Source: Octopus sinensis
Taxonomy: Eukaryota
Length of the DNA: 64,000 nt
Direction of reading: 5' to 3'
NCBI RefSeq assembly: GCF_006345805.1
Contig: NC_043009.1
Span: 5,704,001 to 5,768,000, forward strand
The position numbers and the translations under genes were made by a program. A model generated the notes under the pieces. That model made no database searches. It had not been told where the DNA came from and saw only the letters and a list, made by a program, of their open reading frames with translations. Each line of letters begins with the position of its first letter. Within the stretch, counting starts at the first letter, position 1. Below are positions 28,215 through 41,442 of the stretch, one piece after another.

Positions 28215-29275
28215 CAGTACCAAAGTGAATCTCAGAACTCCAGTGCGCCGATGACAACGTGGCTGTCAGTCTCTCAATTTTAGAATTGCAACAAGATGTC
28301 AGTAATCTCACCAATGCGTATCAACGTTTTGAACTCACAGTAAATACTGGAAAGATCAAGGCCTCGACCTTGCAGCACCGAATTTCTCCCCTCCGAAATT
28401 TAATATCTTCATTTTGGACACACCGTCAGAGCATACCTTGAAAGTCTGCTCCCTACCAAATGCAATTCTGAGCAAGATGTGGAACAAACAACCGGATCGG
28501 CTCACTTAGCTTTGAGATAAACTAAAAATACATGTATTCAAAATACAAAAGCCTGACGTTGATGACAAAGATTATAGATTACACAGCTTTTGTCGTATCC
28601 CCGTTCTCATGCGGTTGAGAAATGTGGCCTGTGTACTGCCGAGACATATAAATACACGAACGCTTTCATCAGCAGCTAATTTGCTCTCTCTCGAACATCA
28701 TAGCGTTTAACTATGTATGCAACTACTCCATGATGGAAGGAGGGGATATCCAGAGCGTCGAATCTCTAATCATTAGATATTTACTTCCCTGGGCCAGTCA
28801 TGCCATCAGGTTGAAGGATGAACGATTTCCTCTTCAAATCCTCTTCGGGGACTTGGTAACTTCAGTGACTTAGAAAGGAAGAAGAGGACCCCTATTTCAA
28901 TGCTACAAGATCCAACTGAAGTCAAATCTGAAGCATATCAGGGTCGACGCCCGGATTTTGCGAAAGAAACCAACCGCCCTGACGACCGATAAATCGTAAA
29001 CAATGACGTTAAATTGCTTAAAAGAGGAAGGATAAGAAAGAGTAGGTAAGACAACGGCAGAAGAAAGCCAGACAGCAGGAACCATGACCGACTCCGACAT
29101 TCATATATGGCCAGTGCAATTGCATGTTCTACACGATGATCGGACCTGTTAGTCATATTAGCCACAAGCATTAATGGTCCAAGTATTCACCTGGAAGGAG
29201 AAATCAATCTTCTGATTCGAGGGACGAGCCTACGACAACGAGGACGTTGATGACGGCGACTACGACTAGGATGCT
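28215..29275 (+). mobile_element. 5'-truncated decayed RTE-like LINE
   Basis: ELQCADDNVAV...LQQDVSNLTNAYQRFELTVNTGKIK (YADD region); RLKDERFPLQILFG; C-terminal TFIYGQCNCMFYTMIGPVSHISHKH; degenerate (GAC)n tail. Confidence 0.8.
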
Positions 29276-29403
29276 TTTGATCCTGCATCTGGTAGATACG
29301 GTTAGGAAAAAAAAGGAATCTGGTAAAGGACAAAATATATTGAAGATATATTTGAGATAGTGAGCATTTCATTCAAATAAATTTGAAGATATTAAATCTA
29401 ATT

Positions 29404-29680
29404 GGAGGCGCAATGGCCCAGTGGTTAGGGCAGCGGACTCGCGGTTTCGATTCCCAGACCGGGCGTTGTGTGTGTTTATTGAGCAAAAACACCTAAAACT
29501 TCACGAGGCTCCGGCTTCGGCTCTTTCGCCACAACTTTCTCTCACTCTTTCTTCCGTTGGCCTGCTCGCTTAGCCAGCGGAGTGGCGTCCTTTGAAGGCT
29601 ACAAAAGTGCGAAGCGCATTGTGACCAGCGATATGTAGCAACATCCGATAGCCTAGACGGTCACGGTGATCACGATGATA
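29404..29680 (+). mobile_element. OR-like tRNA-derived SINE
   Basis: ggaggcgcaatggcccagtggttagggcagcggactcgcggtttcgattcccagacc head plus caactttctctcactc core. Confidence 0.85.
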
Positions 29681-29931
29681 TTAAATGTAATTACTTAATT
29701 GTTCTTGTACAGATGAAACAAAAAGACCGATACCGATGAAATCTGAACTCATATCGCAGAAAGACACGCCTAATTAACGTAAGTCTTTTAGTCACATGTT
29801 CAATAGTTCCTGCTATGCACCATCCACCGACCTCAATTTATATCATAATGAAGTCAATAGTGATTTAAAAATTTCACCAATTTGTTTCTCATTTAAACTA
29901 TTCAACTATTCAAGTACATAGTAATTATTCC

Positions 29932-29995
<64 letters not shown>

Positions 29996-30132
29996 TATTA
30001 TTATTATTATTATCATTATTATTATCATCATTATTATTATTATTGTTATTATTATCATCATTATTATTACTATTATTATTATTGTTATTATTATTATTAT
30101 CATTATTATTATTATTATTATCATTATTATTA

Positions 30133-30165
<33 letters not shown>

Positions 30166-30170
30166 CATTA

Positions 30171-30206
<36 letters not shown>

Positions 30207-30492
30207 CATCATTATTATTACTATTATTATTATTGTTATTATTATTATTATCATTATTATTATTATTATTATTATCATTATTATTATTATCATTATTATT
30301 ATTATTATTATATTATCATTATTATTATTATTATTATTATTATCATCATTATTATTACTATTATTATTATTGTTATTATTATTATTATCATTATTATTAT
30401 TATTATTATTATCATTATTATTATTATCATTATTATTATTATTATTATTATTATCATCATTATCATCATCATTATTATTATTATTATTATTA

Positions 30493-30545
<53 letters not shown>

Positions 30546-30560
30546 GTTATTATTATTATT
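29932..30560. repeat. About 630-bp (ATT)n/(ATC) microsatellite
   Basis: Direct. Source of the poly-I, poly-L, poly-Y and poly-N ORFs. Confidence 0.95.
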
Positions 30561-32115
30561 CCAGCACTCTATTACTTGAAATGTCTTTTTTTTTTCATTT
30601 TTCATTGGTGAATGGCACATTAATTGATGATTTTCAGACACCAAACGTTGGATAATTGGCACACTTGTTTTGTGCTCTTTCATTTACTTCTCAACGCAGT
30701 GTGAGCAGAAGATACCGAATCAGTGAACGTGTTACAATAATGCTTCCTACTGTTCACACAGTTTCGTTTCATACCAACTTTAATTATTATTTCTTTTAAG
30801 ATATCTAAAATTTTGCAAGAACCGGAATGAAAATATAAGTGAATAAATTAGCGTGGAGCTCTGTCAAATGTTTGTCAAATAATAAGATTTGGAAGCGATA
30901 GACGTTTTCGAAACGGTGATTCTTATTAGTGACATGAATATAGGAACAAGTGCAGTGATATTATCTTGAATTTTTATTCAGTTATTTTTTTCCCCCAATA
31001 ATAAAGAAGGACTTTTCACTGCACTTGTTTCTTTCCGATATCTATAAACGTAATTAAACCAGTAGTACACCGGTCGATAATAATACTAATAATAACAAAA
31101 ATTGTCTTAAAAATTTAAGAAGAAAAATTACGCAGTCAACCTATAGGAAACTACTTTAACGTTTCCAGAACGAAAAGAAAAAAAACTCGGTCGCCAAATG
31201 TTCGTTGAAAATGGCAAGCAACTATCGAAAGGATTTCAGGTACCATAAGCAATTTATTATTTCTGCATGCTCATTTTCTACATTTTATTTTAATTTCTTG
31301 AATTTCTCCTGTGAATAATTTCTAAAGGAAAACTTTTACTTCAATAACTGGAATTTTTAAGTAAGAGAACATTTAAATTACGGAATTTCACTTATAAATA
31401 AAATTATGCTTTTCAACTGAAAAGAAATTTATTAAGAAAATTTATTTAACAACCTGAGTGAAGAAGAAAATACCAAATTTAGCTATGTCTTCTATATTTC
31501 TACTGTTACATTTACAGATAGAAAAATGAAAACTGATTTCTTTATACAAAATTTTATTACCGAAATATATGTAGAATATGTGCATTGAGTTATATCCTGG
31601 GTGTTAGATAACATTTGTATATTTTCACTGTTGTTTCACAAATGAAATTTGTTCATGAAATTTACTTCATAGCCACGATTAGTTATGCATGGAGAACAGT
31701 TTGTCGAAATTCTTCTTTCTTAGCAACAAAATATAGTGCAAACGTTTGTGTAATTAGTATATTTGATTAAAATAGACTGAGGATCGTGTAAAGATTTGTC
31801 CATAATCGTGAATATATGTCGCGCCTGTATATATATATATATATATAAACACATACACAGGCACACACACATACGCGCATACACATACAGAGGCATATAT
31901 ATATATTGCTTCTTCTTATGTTATAATAAAAAATAATTTTACATTAAACTGAAAGATTACTTGTTTCATTTGACAAATTACAAGTTTATTATTATTAAAC
32001 ATGAATATCATTGACAGTGACTCCGCAGATTTTCCAACTAGGACATCATCCAATGTTTGCTTAGAGAGCTGGCTGCAATTCGAAGTCACTGTCAGCACTA
32101 TTTTTATTAATTACA

Positions 32116-32185
<70 letters not shown>

Positions 32186-32767
32186 CATACCGCATACATT
32201 TATATTTATATATATATTTACATACGAACTCTATTTGTATATGAGTGATATTGTTTTAATCGGGAATCGATTGCAATCGACACTTCACCAAGAGATTACC
32301 TTCCGCATAATGTTCCTGGTGTCGTCTAGAATTAATATTAAACATATGGTAATTCCAATACTCATGAGGTGATTATTATATTTTCTTTAGAATTTTGTGT
32401 TAGTAGCAACAAAACCCAAGGATTAGTTATGTAATATGGCAAACGACTATTTGAAACTTGAAAAACTGGTGAGATAGTAGAAATTATTATTTTTCTTTCT
32501 GCATAAATAATCTCATACTATAATATCCTTAAATCCATACAAACTAATACCAATGTATATGTGTGAGACATTTCAAGTGCTTCAAACACGTGATCAGCTA
32601 TCGGCTGAAACGGAAATCTGTTAGTATATGATTTGGTCGTAATAACATTTAAGTTATTGAGATGTTCATGTGTATAGTGAATGTCAAACAAACGTAACCA
32701 TAACCATAACGAAAAGCAAGTTCTGAGAAATCTACTGACAGTGTCATTCTTTCAATAGTTCCAGTGT

Positions 32768-33070
32768 GGAGCCACATGGCCTAGTGGTTAGAGCAGCGGA
32801 CTCGCGGTTGAGGGATCGCGGGTTCGAATCTCAGACCGAACGATGTTTGTGTTTATGAGTGAAACGCCTAAGCTCCACGCGGCTCCGGCAGAAGTTAGTG
32901 GCGAAACTTCTGCTGACTCTTTCGCCACAACTTTCTCTCACTCTTTCTTCCTGCATCTTGAAGCTCAGCTGCGACGGACCGGCGTCCGGTCCAGGTGGGG
33001 AACCTATACGCCATGAAACCGGAAAACGGACCCTTGTGAGCCAGGCATGGCTCGAAAAGGAACAAACAAC
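32768..33070 (+). mobile_element. OR-like tRNA-derived SINE
   Basis: Head tggcctagtggttagagcagcggactcgcgg...ggttcgaatc; core caactttctctcactctttcttcc; tail ctgcgacggaccggcgtccggtccagg. Confidence 0.85.
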
Positions 33071-33309
33071 AAAATTGTTCCAGTCACTGGACTGCAGCCA
33101 AGCTTCGACTCCGCTCTGAAGTGTCTTAGTCTTCTGTACTTCTCTATTTTTTTTACTTTTATTCTATCGGATTCTATCGTAGGTCCACTAAATTTCAGGT
33201 CCTAAAGAAGCCGATACGAATTGTCATGCAGTTTGTGGAGGATAATCACTGACTCCAAGACACACACATGCAACATACACACGCACGCACATACGCCGCT
33301 CCTCTAAAT

Positions 33310-33400
33310 AGACACGTTACCTGTCGTTGTGGTTTTGTTGCACGGAGCAAAGCAGGCCTTGCCCTCCACCGAAGAAAACATGTAGTAAATGATCGACAAG
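33310..33400 (+). mobile_element. Possible RTE-like LINE C-terminal zinc-finger remnant
   Basis: VTCRCGFVARSKAGLALHRRKH resembles the C-x-C...GL..H motif at RTE ORF ends. Short match only. Confidence 0.4.
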
Positions 33401-36400
33401 CACTCGAACAGACTGAGACACAACTTGTTCCATTTGCTAAATGGTTTGCAATGCATCGGCAGGCTTGAAGGCACGCAACCGTGTCCATAGAACATGATTA
33501 CCACTTTATCTTAGTAAAGCCATCATATATACGAGTTTCTTTCGCACTGTTTCCGACTATCAAATTCACTTACATCGGACTGGTCGGTCCGGATTTAGCT
33601 ATAGTAGAAGTTACTTGCAAGACGTATCGTGCAGTGGGACTGAATCCGAAAAAGCCTAGTTTCAAAGTAAGCCTATGAACAACACATTATACATTGTTCT
33701 GTGAAGTGTGCTTCACTTTCTTTATTAAACCACACTCTTCTTAGAAGTGCATTGTCAGAGTAGTGCACTTTGGTGGTTTCGTAGCAGGTCTTACATATGG
33801 TCATTGTAATTGTTTTGCTTTGAGACTGGAGCTTCTGTCACTGTTGATTTGTGTTTTTAATATAGTTGGTACTGTTATGCTTTACTTGTTTACATTTCAT
33901 TCTGGAATGAGTGCAATTTTACGACACACTACTAATTTCGTACTTTTAATCAATGCATTAATTTAATTGACTATGCATTGCGTCATACATTTGCTATATA
34001 TCATTTGAAACTGAGTGTGATATTTATTTGGGGAATGTTGCTTCATATCGTACATATTTTATTCATAATAAAGATAAAATGCACAAAATTTAGAACGATG
34101 GACTAAATATACTCAGATCATGTATTACTTAACGTCATAGTTGTTAAAATTATCAAGAAATTATTAAGCTTAAAACGGTATTCAGGGAAGATTAAATTTT
34201 CAGTGGAAATTATACTTACACCAAAAATCCGTAGTGTATGCTTTTGTAACGAAATGAAGTAGATTCCACTAAACGCAACTCATATTTATGATGTGAAACG
34301 GAACCTTTTTTTATCTGTAAATTACCTTAGACCAGAAACCTGTGGTTGATGCTTGTTATGAAAGAAAGAATCTTCGAAAGTCAACGATGTTTAGATTATT
34401 ATAAACTGAAGCTTATATTTAGTTTACTAGCGAACAACAGGGTTGATACATTCGAGAAACAGCAACAAGCATATCACACTCAAGGCTTCTCTTGATCGGA
34501 AACAATCCGAAACAAGTACCTAACATGACACACTGTGCATAGTTTTGAAGAGAACGTACGAATAGCCTTACGCACACTTTCAAACTTAATTTACTTAATA
34601 CATCTCAACAAACGTGTATTGTTTACAAGAGATTAAGAAATCAATATGTTGTTAAAAAGAGACTTAACGCAATGAATATATTGACTACATTTCAAAGAGT
34701 TCCCTACTTGTCTTTGATAATCATGCGCCGCTCCGTTTCAATTTTATATGTTGTCAGACTCAACTACGCATGCAGCTATTTGTTTTTATGAATCGATTCA
34801 TTGCCTAATGGATACAGTCTATCACATGTTCATGCATGTAAGCATATTCCATCATTACTAGATATATGCAGACATATCAAATAGCTCATTGCACATTCTA
34901 CAACTGCTTTTTGCCACTTGTTTTGATGTTTCGCTTTTTCTTCTTCGCTAGGCACTGAGACCGTGCTTCCAAAATTAGATCATTTTGATACATCACTGAC
35001 ATTGTATTTTTGAACAACTTTAGCTTGTTTTCTTGGTCATTGATCATAGAAATGATTTCCTCTTTATTTTGTTATCATGATATATTGAATTCCTATTTCA
35101 GATTCTACTTTATATTTTTCTCATCAATTTATCATTCATATGTACGCCTAATATAACTCGATGCAATTGTTTCGTTATATATTAAGTAAAAATTTTTGGT
35201 ATTTTACGTTCCCTTATTAAGCTAATTGTTCTGTTCTCTAATTATTACCTCAGATACATTTCATTTATTTTGCTGCAAATTTTTTTTTTCGAGAAACCTA
35301 ATTGTTAATCAAAATGCATGTTGAGAATATTATAATGACAGTAAAAGTTAGATAAATCTATATGTGGAATCCCTTTTAGACTCTGTAACATATGAATATA
35401 CTTTACAATTATTTGAACATGCAGTAAAATACTTCCTCAAATAATGTAATTTTGCTGCAAGCCGAAACGTGTTTGAAGAATATTTTATGTGTTCTGAGCA
35501 CGAAACACAAATCTATAGAGAGAATATGAGATACACATGCAACATGATGTTCTATATTATTTTATTTGATCTTATTGTGATAATTTAAGAAATCAGTCTA
35601 TAGATTTTATATTCGTTTAAATTCACATTTCTTATCCTTATATCGACTCTATTGGATTATTATCGTTAATCTTATTGTCCGGTGGCAGAAAAAAAAAGGA
35701 AATTAACACTATTGCAGACTTAGAAAATGACAATGTGAAAATAATATGTAATTTTAGCACAAAGGTAGAGCACCAGGATAGACATAATACATGCGGCATT
35801 ATTTTTCATTATAAATAAAACAATAGTCTATTAATTATAAACAAAACAAAATGAAATTAATATCATATTGTGGAGAAATTAGCTGAAAAGTTAAAGAATT
35901 GCAATGATCACGCTGTTGAGCTAAAATATAACTTTAGTGCAATTAAGTGTTGTGTCTCTCATATAATTTTTCTAGTGACACAGTAAAAATAATATATTTC
36001 TATAAATCTATTCTGTAATCACATCAACAAAATACCTATAAAAATGCAGGTGCCTTGCAGATAATAGTAATACTGAAATCTGCAATCATTTTTCTTTTAG
36101 AGTATTTTACACAGTGTTATTAAAATCTCAGATATTTTTGTTAACCTGAGGCATATTTATTTCTCCCTGAATATTCTCATTTCCCTTGAAACATATTGTT
36201 AATCCTGAATACTATCATTCGTTTTCTATTAAAGATGTCTTTTTTTTTTTAGTTTTTTTTTACTTTCCACATACGTACGCACATTCGTTTAAGATGTAGG
36301 AAGAAATAAGAGAAATGTTGTTTTTCGAGCATAATCATAAACATGATAATAATTTGAATACGAATAAGAAGAGCAACAACAACACCAACAACGAAAACAA

Positions 36401-36426
36401 CAGCAGTTTCAACAGCAGCAGCAAGT

Positions 36427-36795
36427 GGAGGCGCAATGGCCCAATGGTTAAGGTAGCGGACTCGCGGTCGGAGGATCGCAGTTTCGATTCTCAGACGTTG
36501 TGTGTGTTTATTAAGCGAAAACACCTAAAGCTCCACGAGGCTCCGGCAGGGGGTGGTGGCGACCCCTGTTGTACTCTTTCGCTCCAACTTTCTCTCACTC
36601 TTTCTTCCTGTTACTTGACCCCGACTCCCTATGCAACCGCTGAGCCTGGATGCGCATTCATCCATCCGTGGATGCTCTCAGTGTCGGGGGTTAACCTGCT
36701 TGCTGTTCTGCGGGTCTTACGAATAGCAAAGGACCACGTTTCGGACTTCTTCCATCTTGCGAGTTCTGGGACGAAGACCGTTCGCTCAGCAGCAA
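36427..36795 (+). mobile_element. OR-like tRNA-derived SINE with distinct tail
   Basis: Same head and core as 29404, followed by a different 3' sequence ending in a (CAG/CAA/CAT) tract. Confidence 0.85.
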
Positions 36796-36829
36796 CAACA
36801 TCATCAGCAGCAGCAACAACGATGATTAA

Positions 36830-37030
36830 TACCCTAATGCAGTACCAGGCAATGGCACTCATGGTTTGTCATCTTAACTGATTGGAAGTGTTATGTTTTG
36901 TCTTGGCATAAAAATGGGCTACAACAAATATATTGTTGAATGTCACAGAATTGCCTGTCAGTTGCTTAACTAGTTGAGCATGTCCCTTAGTGGCTGACAA
37001 TACGTACATCTATGATCATGAGCAACCATC
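36830..37030 (+). repeat. Diverged partial copy of the 48062-48600 repeat
   Basis: atgcagtaccaggca-tggc-ctcatgg...atcttaactgattgga...ttgagcatgtcccttagtggct is shared. Confidence 0.75.
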
Positions 37031-37671
37031 TTTCAGTGAATTTTCTGGCATGTTAACTACTCATGGGCAATTTGAAAAAAGTCGATGTAGCACTGGTCAA
37101 AGAGGAAGATGTATGTTTACAGCACATATAGTCTCCTCTATGACATAAGAACTTTTGCAGAAGCCGCCAGACACAAAGGCTGCTTATTTATTATTTTTTT
37201 GTCAGAAGGTGGCAGGAAGATCTTCATAATGGAGTAAGCTGTTAATCGAAACCACGTGAAAACAATTGTTCAACATAACTCCTCAAATCAGTAATGAACG
37301 TGTGCGTGCAAAAGGTTTTGTTGCTCTTCGTGCATCTCGGATATCCCCGGCTGGTCTTACTCCTTGCTCTTCTATTCCGGAATTTTAGTCGTATACGCGT
37401 ATGTCTAATACATTTGTACATGTGCTCATCTTCGTCTCTTGCCGTAATCTAGTGATATTCTTCCTTTAATATTGGCGCGGAATTTTTGCATTCGAACTAC
37501 ACTTCAACAAAAGATTTAGCTTTTGGTTTACCAATTTAGTATTACTAACGTTAGTGGTAACATTACTACGGGTGGTGGAAACTGAAGTAGTAGTAATGGT
37601 ATAGTACAGTGGCAAATTGTATGTTCGCTGTTTACATTCTCACTGCTGTTGTTATTAATGTTGTTACTGTC

Positions 37672-38175
37672 TTCTTCTTCTTCTTCTTCTTCTTCTTCTA
37701 ATTATGACTCACGCCATTAGCCTCGAAGAATAATCTCTAATTCGAGCCTACCCTAAGCTACTAAGAATGCGTGTGGCAACTTGAAGATCTACCCACCACG
37801 CACGATGGACTGGCGGTTGCACGGGCGCGAAAACTACGTTATTATCCTGATTCCGTAAACGGTGGCTTTTAACGGGTGGGGAGCTGAACCATCCTGGGGT
37901 ACAGAGGATTCGGAATCTAGACTAGGGTCTGACAGTTTACCACACTATAGTGGGTTTCACCATGGTTCCCCTGCTTTGTGGCAGATGTAGGAAGAAAGAG
38001 TGAGAGAAAGTTGTGGTGAAAGAGTACAACGGGGTTCACCCCCCACCCCCGCCGGAGTCTCGTGGAGCTTAGGTATTTTTGCTCAATAAACACTCACAAT
38101 ACCAGGTCTGGGAATCGAAACCGCGTTCTTACGACCGCGAGTCCACTGTCCTAACCGCTGGGCCATTGCGCCTCC
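37672..38175 (-). mobile_element. Full-length OR-like SINE with (GAA)n tail
   Basis: Minus strand: tRNA-like head at 38175, core, about 290 bp of distinct tail, then (GAA)n at about 37672-37698. Confidence 0.75.
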
Positions 38176-39398
38176 ACTGATGTTGCTACTGCTTTCCTTT
38201 GCTTTTTACTTTTGTTGCCGTCGCTGCTGTCTAATTAAGTGAGTGTGTGTTGTTCGTGTGTGTGTTTAGATGAGTCTTATTCGTGGTGCCACTGTCGCTC
38301 TCCATTCTTTACTTTTTTCTTAAAATTATTGTGCTTTTGCTTATTTTGGCAATGACTACTCCATCACTATTGTTTGTTAATGGTTGCTGTAGTAGAAATT
38401 CCATCTAAAAGGCGAATACAAAGCTGAAATTAACTATTCCTTGGTATCCTGGTCTGTTTAGCGAACACAGTTTAGAAACTTATACTTTTAAAATACTTAA
38501 AATCAAATAAAACATTCAAATGATTTGATGGGGTGCCTTGCAGTTACAAAAAAAACAACGAAAGTATAATAATAACAATAGTGATGATGGTAATTATGAT
38601 AAGTATAGCACTGGTAGTAATAGTTTTTGTTGTTGGTGTTATTGTTGTTGTAGCACAAAACATTCTAGCTTCCATAAAATTATTCCGGGTTAATTTGACG
38701 AAATTATATCTAAACTGTTGCTGAAGCAACTACGGTAGGGACATCTATAGTAATTTTACGAAACATGTCTGCTATATACCCTATCAATACTTTTTTCTTA
38801 CTCAGCTGATTCAATCCAGATTATTGTTTTTCTACATGAATATATTTGCATATATTTCATTGTTTCTCCTAGACGCCCTATTCCATTACACTCACTCTCT
38901 ATTTATGAACCTCTTTCTAAGCTTATGTAAATCACATGGTACTAAAAACGAAAAACGTAATTCAAAGAACGATATGACCAACATTAGCATTCGTTTAGGA
39001 CAACTAATCTTCATTTGTATTTCCGTTTATATTTAGAAGCTTAGAGAACAAGGTATGAACCAATATAATCTGCATTGTAATTGACAGAAACGACAGTCAG
39101 GAATGGGCACTACCATGTTTAAAATTTCCAAGACAAATCAAACGTCACTGCGAGGCTTGTACGATTCCATTTAAGGTGAACGTCCAAAGAAAGAAGTTCC
39201 ATTAAAGGATTCCAATTGCAGTTCCTAGTTTTACGAATTCTCAGCCTTCTATAGATTATGCTTGCACAGCTTGTGCCATAATTGCAGGTATAATTCTAAT
39301 AATTCAAATAATTCTCATAATATATAATCTGTGTGGAGAGCCTATATTGTTTTCATTCAGACGCGCAGATGAGTTCTTTATTTACATTAAACATTATT

Positions 39399-39812
39399 CT
39401 CTTTTACTCTTTTACTCTTTTATTTGTTTCAGTCATTTCACTGCGCCATGCTGGAGCACCGCCTTTAGTGGAGCAAATCGATTCCAGGACTTATTCTTTG
39501 TAAGCCTAGTACTTATTTTATCGGTCTCTTTTGCCGAACCGCGAAGTTATGGGGACGTAAAAACACCACCATCGGTTGTCAAGCGATGTTGGGGTGACAA
39601 ACACAGACACACAAACACACACTCACACACATATATTCATACATATATACGACGGGCTTCTTTCAGTTTCCATCTATCAAATCAACTCAGAAGGTTTTGG
39701 TCGGCCCGAGGCTATAGTAGAAGACACTTGCCCAAGGTGCCACGCAGTGGGATTGAACCCGGAACCATGTGGTTGGTAAGCAAGCTACTTACCACACAGC
39801 CACTCCTGCGCC
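39399..39812 (-). mobile_element. OK-like SINE, full length
   Basis: Highly similar to 2717-3170, with a (taaaagag)n tail. Confidence 0.92.
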
Positions 39813-40621
39813 TATGTTAATATATATTGAACAATTGATTTCTATTACTCTACACACATTTAACAAATGTGGTTGTAGAATCAGTCAATCAGAAGTCTTT
39901 CCGGTTATTGATGAGTATACCTTCTACATTATCGTAACTCATAGCTATATATTTATAGTTATCCCTGTTACATACTGCACCGTATACTCTTTCGGCCAAG
40001 ACATCATGACACATGGATAGAAAGCATCATGAGAATTTTGATCAGATGTTTTCTTTCTACATTATTTCACAGGCATTAGCATTTATAATGTTTCACCCAC
40101 ATTAATATTCCTCTCGTGCATCAGATACTGTTAATTCATGTTTCTACATTGGAAAAAACCCCAAAAACTTCGTGTGTGAAATAATCTAATATATGGGTTG
40201 TTGGTCCAAGCTTGTCTATATAGCTTATGTTACTTTTACTCTGAATCTTTATCCGACAAGGCCAAGAATGCTCGTATAATAATAAAGAGAAAGACGTTTT
40301 TCCATCAGATGTTCTATCGTCGTAGCACCATGAAATCTCCCTGTTATTTATGCTGTTACGGGGTAGTAATAAAGCTTCGAATCTTTTGTCATTTGAGTTT
40401 GGTTTAAAATGTTACCTAAAGCGTACTTCATACCGTAACAGTTGGTCTATATGGAAGGAGAATTTATCTGGATAGATGAATAGAAAGTAAGACTAAAATA
40501 TATAGGAATTTCAAGCGGTTTGGAGTTTCTATGTAAATTGAAAAAACAAAAAAAGGTGTTTATGGGAGATAGAAAAATCTAAATCTACAACACTTTCTAC
40601 AAAAGCGATGTCTGTCTTTCA

Positions 40622-40870
40622 TTTTCTCTCTCTCTCTCTCTCATCAACTCCCTCTCTCTCGTGAACTTTCTCTCTCACTCAGCAACTCTCTCTCTCTCCC
40701 TCATGAAATTTCTCTCTCACTCATCAACTCTCTCTCTCTCACTCATCAACTCTCTCTCTCTCCCTCATCAACTCTCTCTCTCTGTCTCATCAATTCTCTC
40801 TCTCTCATCAATTCTCTCTCTCTCTCTCATCAACTCTCTCTATCTCTCTCCCTCATCAACTCCTTCTCTC
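40622..40870. repeat. (CT)n tract punctuated about 9 times by CATCAA-like spacers
   Basis: Direct. Confidence 0.85.
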
Positions 40871-41327
40871 TCTCCTTTCTGTCTATCTTTCCTTCTTATT
40901 ATCTCTCGCAATACAAGTCTTAGAAACGCTAGATACGTCTCTTCTCTCGGGAATTTTAACTTATCGAACAGTTTTATGAATTCCCCAATACACTAATTGT
41001 TGCCGAGACTGATCATCGTCAGTTTCCTTAGAATCCGGATTATAACCTTTTCTATTGATATATGCTTTATATCACCAGTCTTTTCCTCCCATTATATATG
41101 TAATGGAATTATAAGGCCTGATTTATATTTGAACATGAATACATGTTTCGCATGAGTCAATCATTAATTATAAAACAAATTAATGTTAAAGCCGATATTT
41201 TCTTTGTATCGTGCTAATTCATATGGAATCAATGACCTCACAAGAATGAAATCATTGTTATTCGCATCCTGCTGGTTCTCTCTTCTTCTAGTTCTTGTTC
41301 CTGCTGCTGCTCTCACTGTTGTAGTAG

Positions 41328-41442
41328 TTGGACTTGTTGTTGCTGTTCGTTTTCTTCTTCTTCGTCTTCCACCTCCTCCTCCTCCCCTCCTCCCCTCCTC
41401 CCCTCCTCCTCTTCTTCTTCTTCTTCTTCTTCTTCTTCTTCG
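41328..41442. repeat. (GTT)/(CTT)/(CCT) trinucleotide tract
   Basis: Direct. Confidence 0.85.

Noticed and set aside
29187-29290. Apparent minus-strand exon with good AG/GT signals (MQDQKHPSRSRRHQRP...)
   Set aside because: It is the antisense of the RTE LINE 3' end and its (GAC)n tail.
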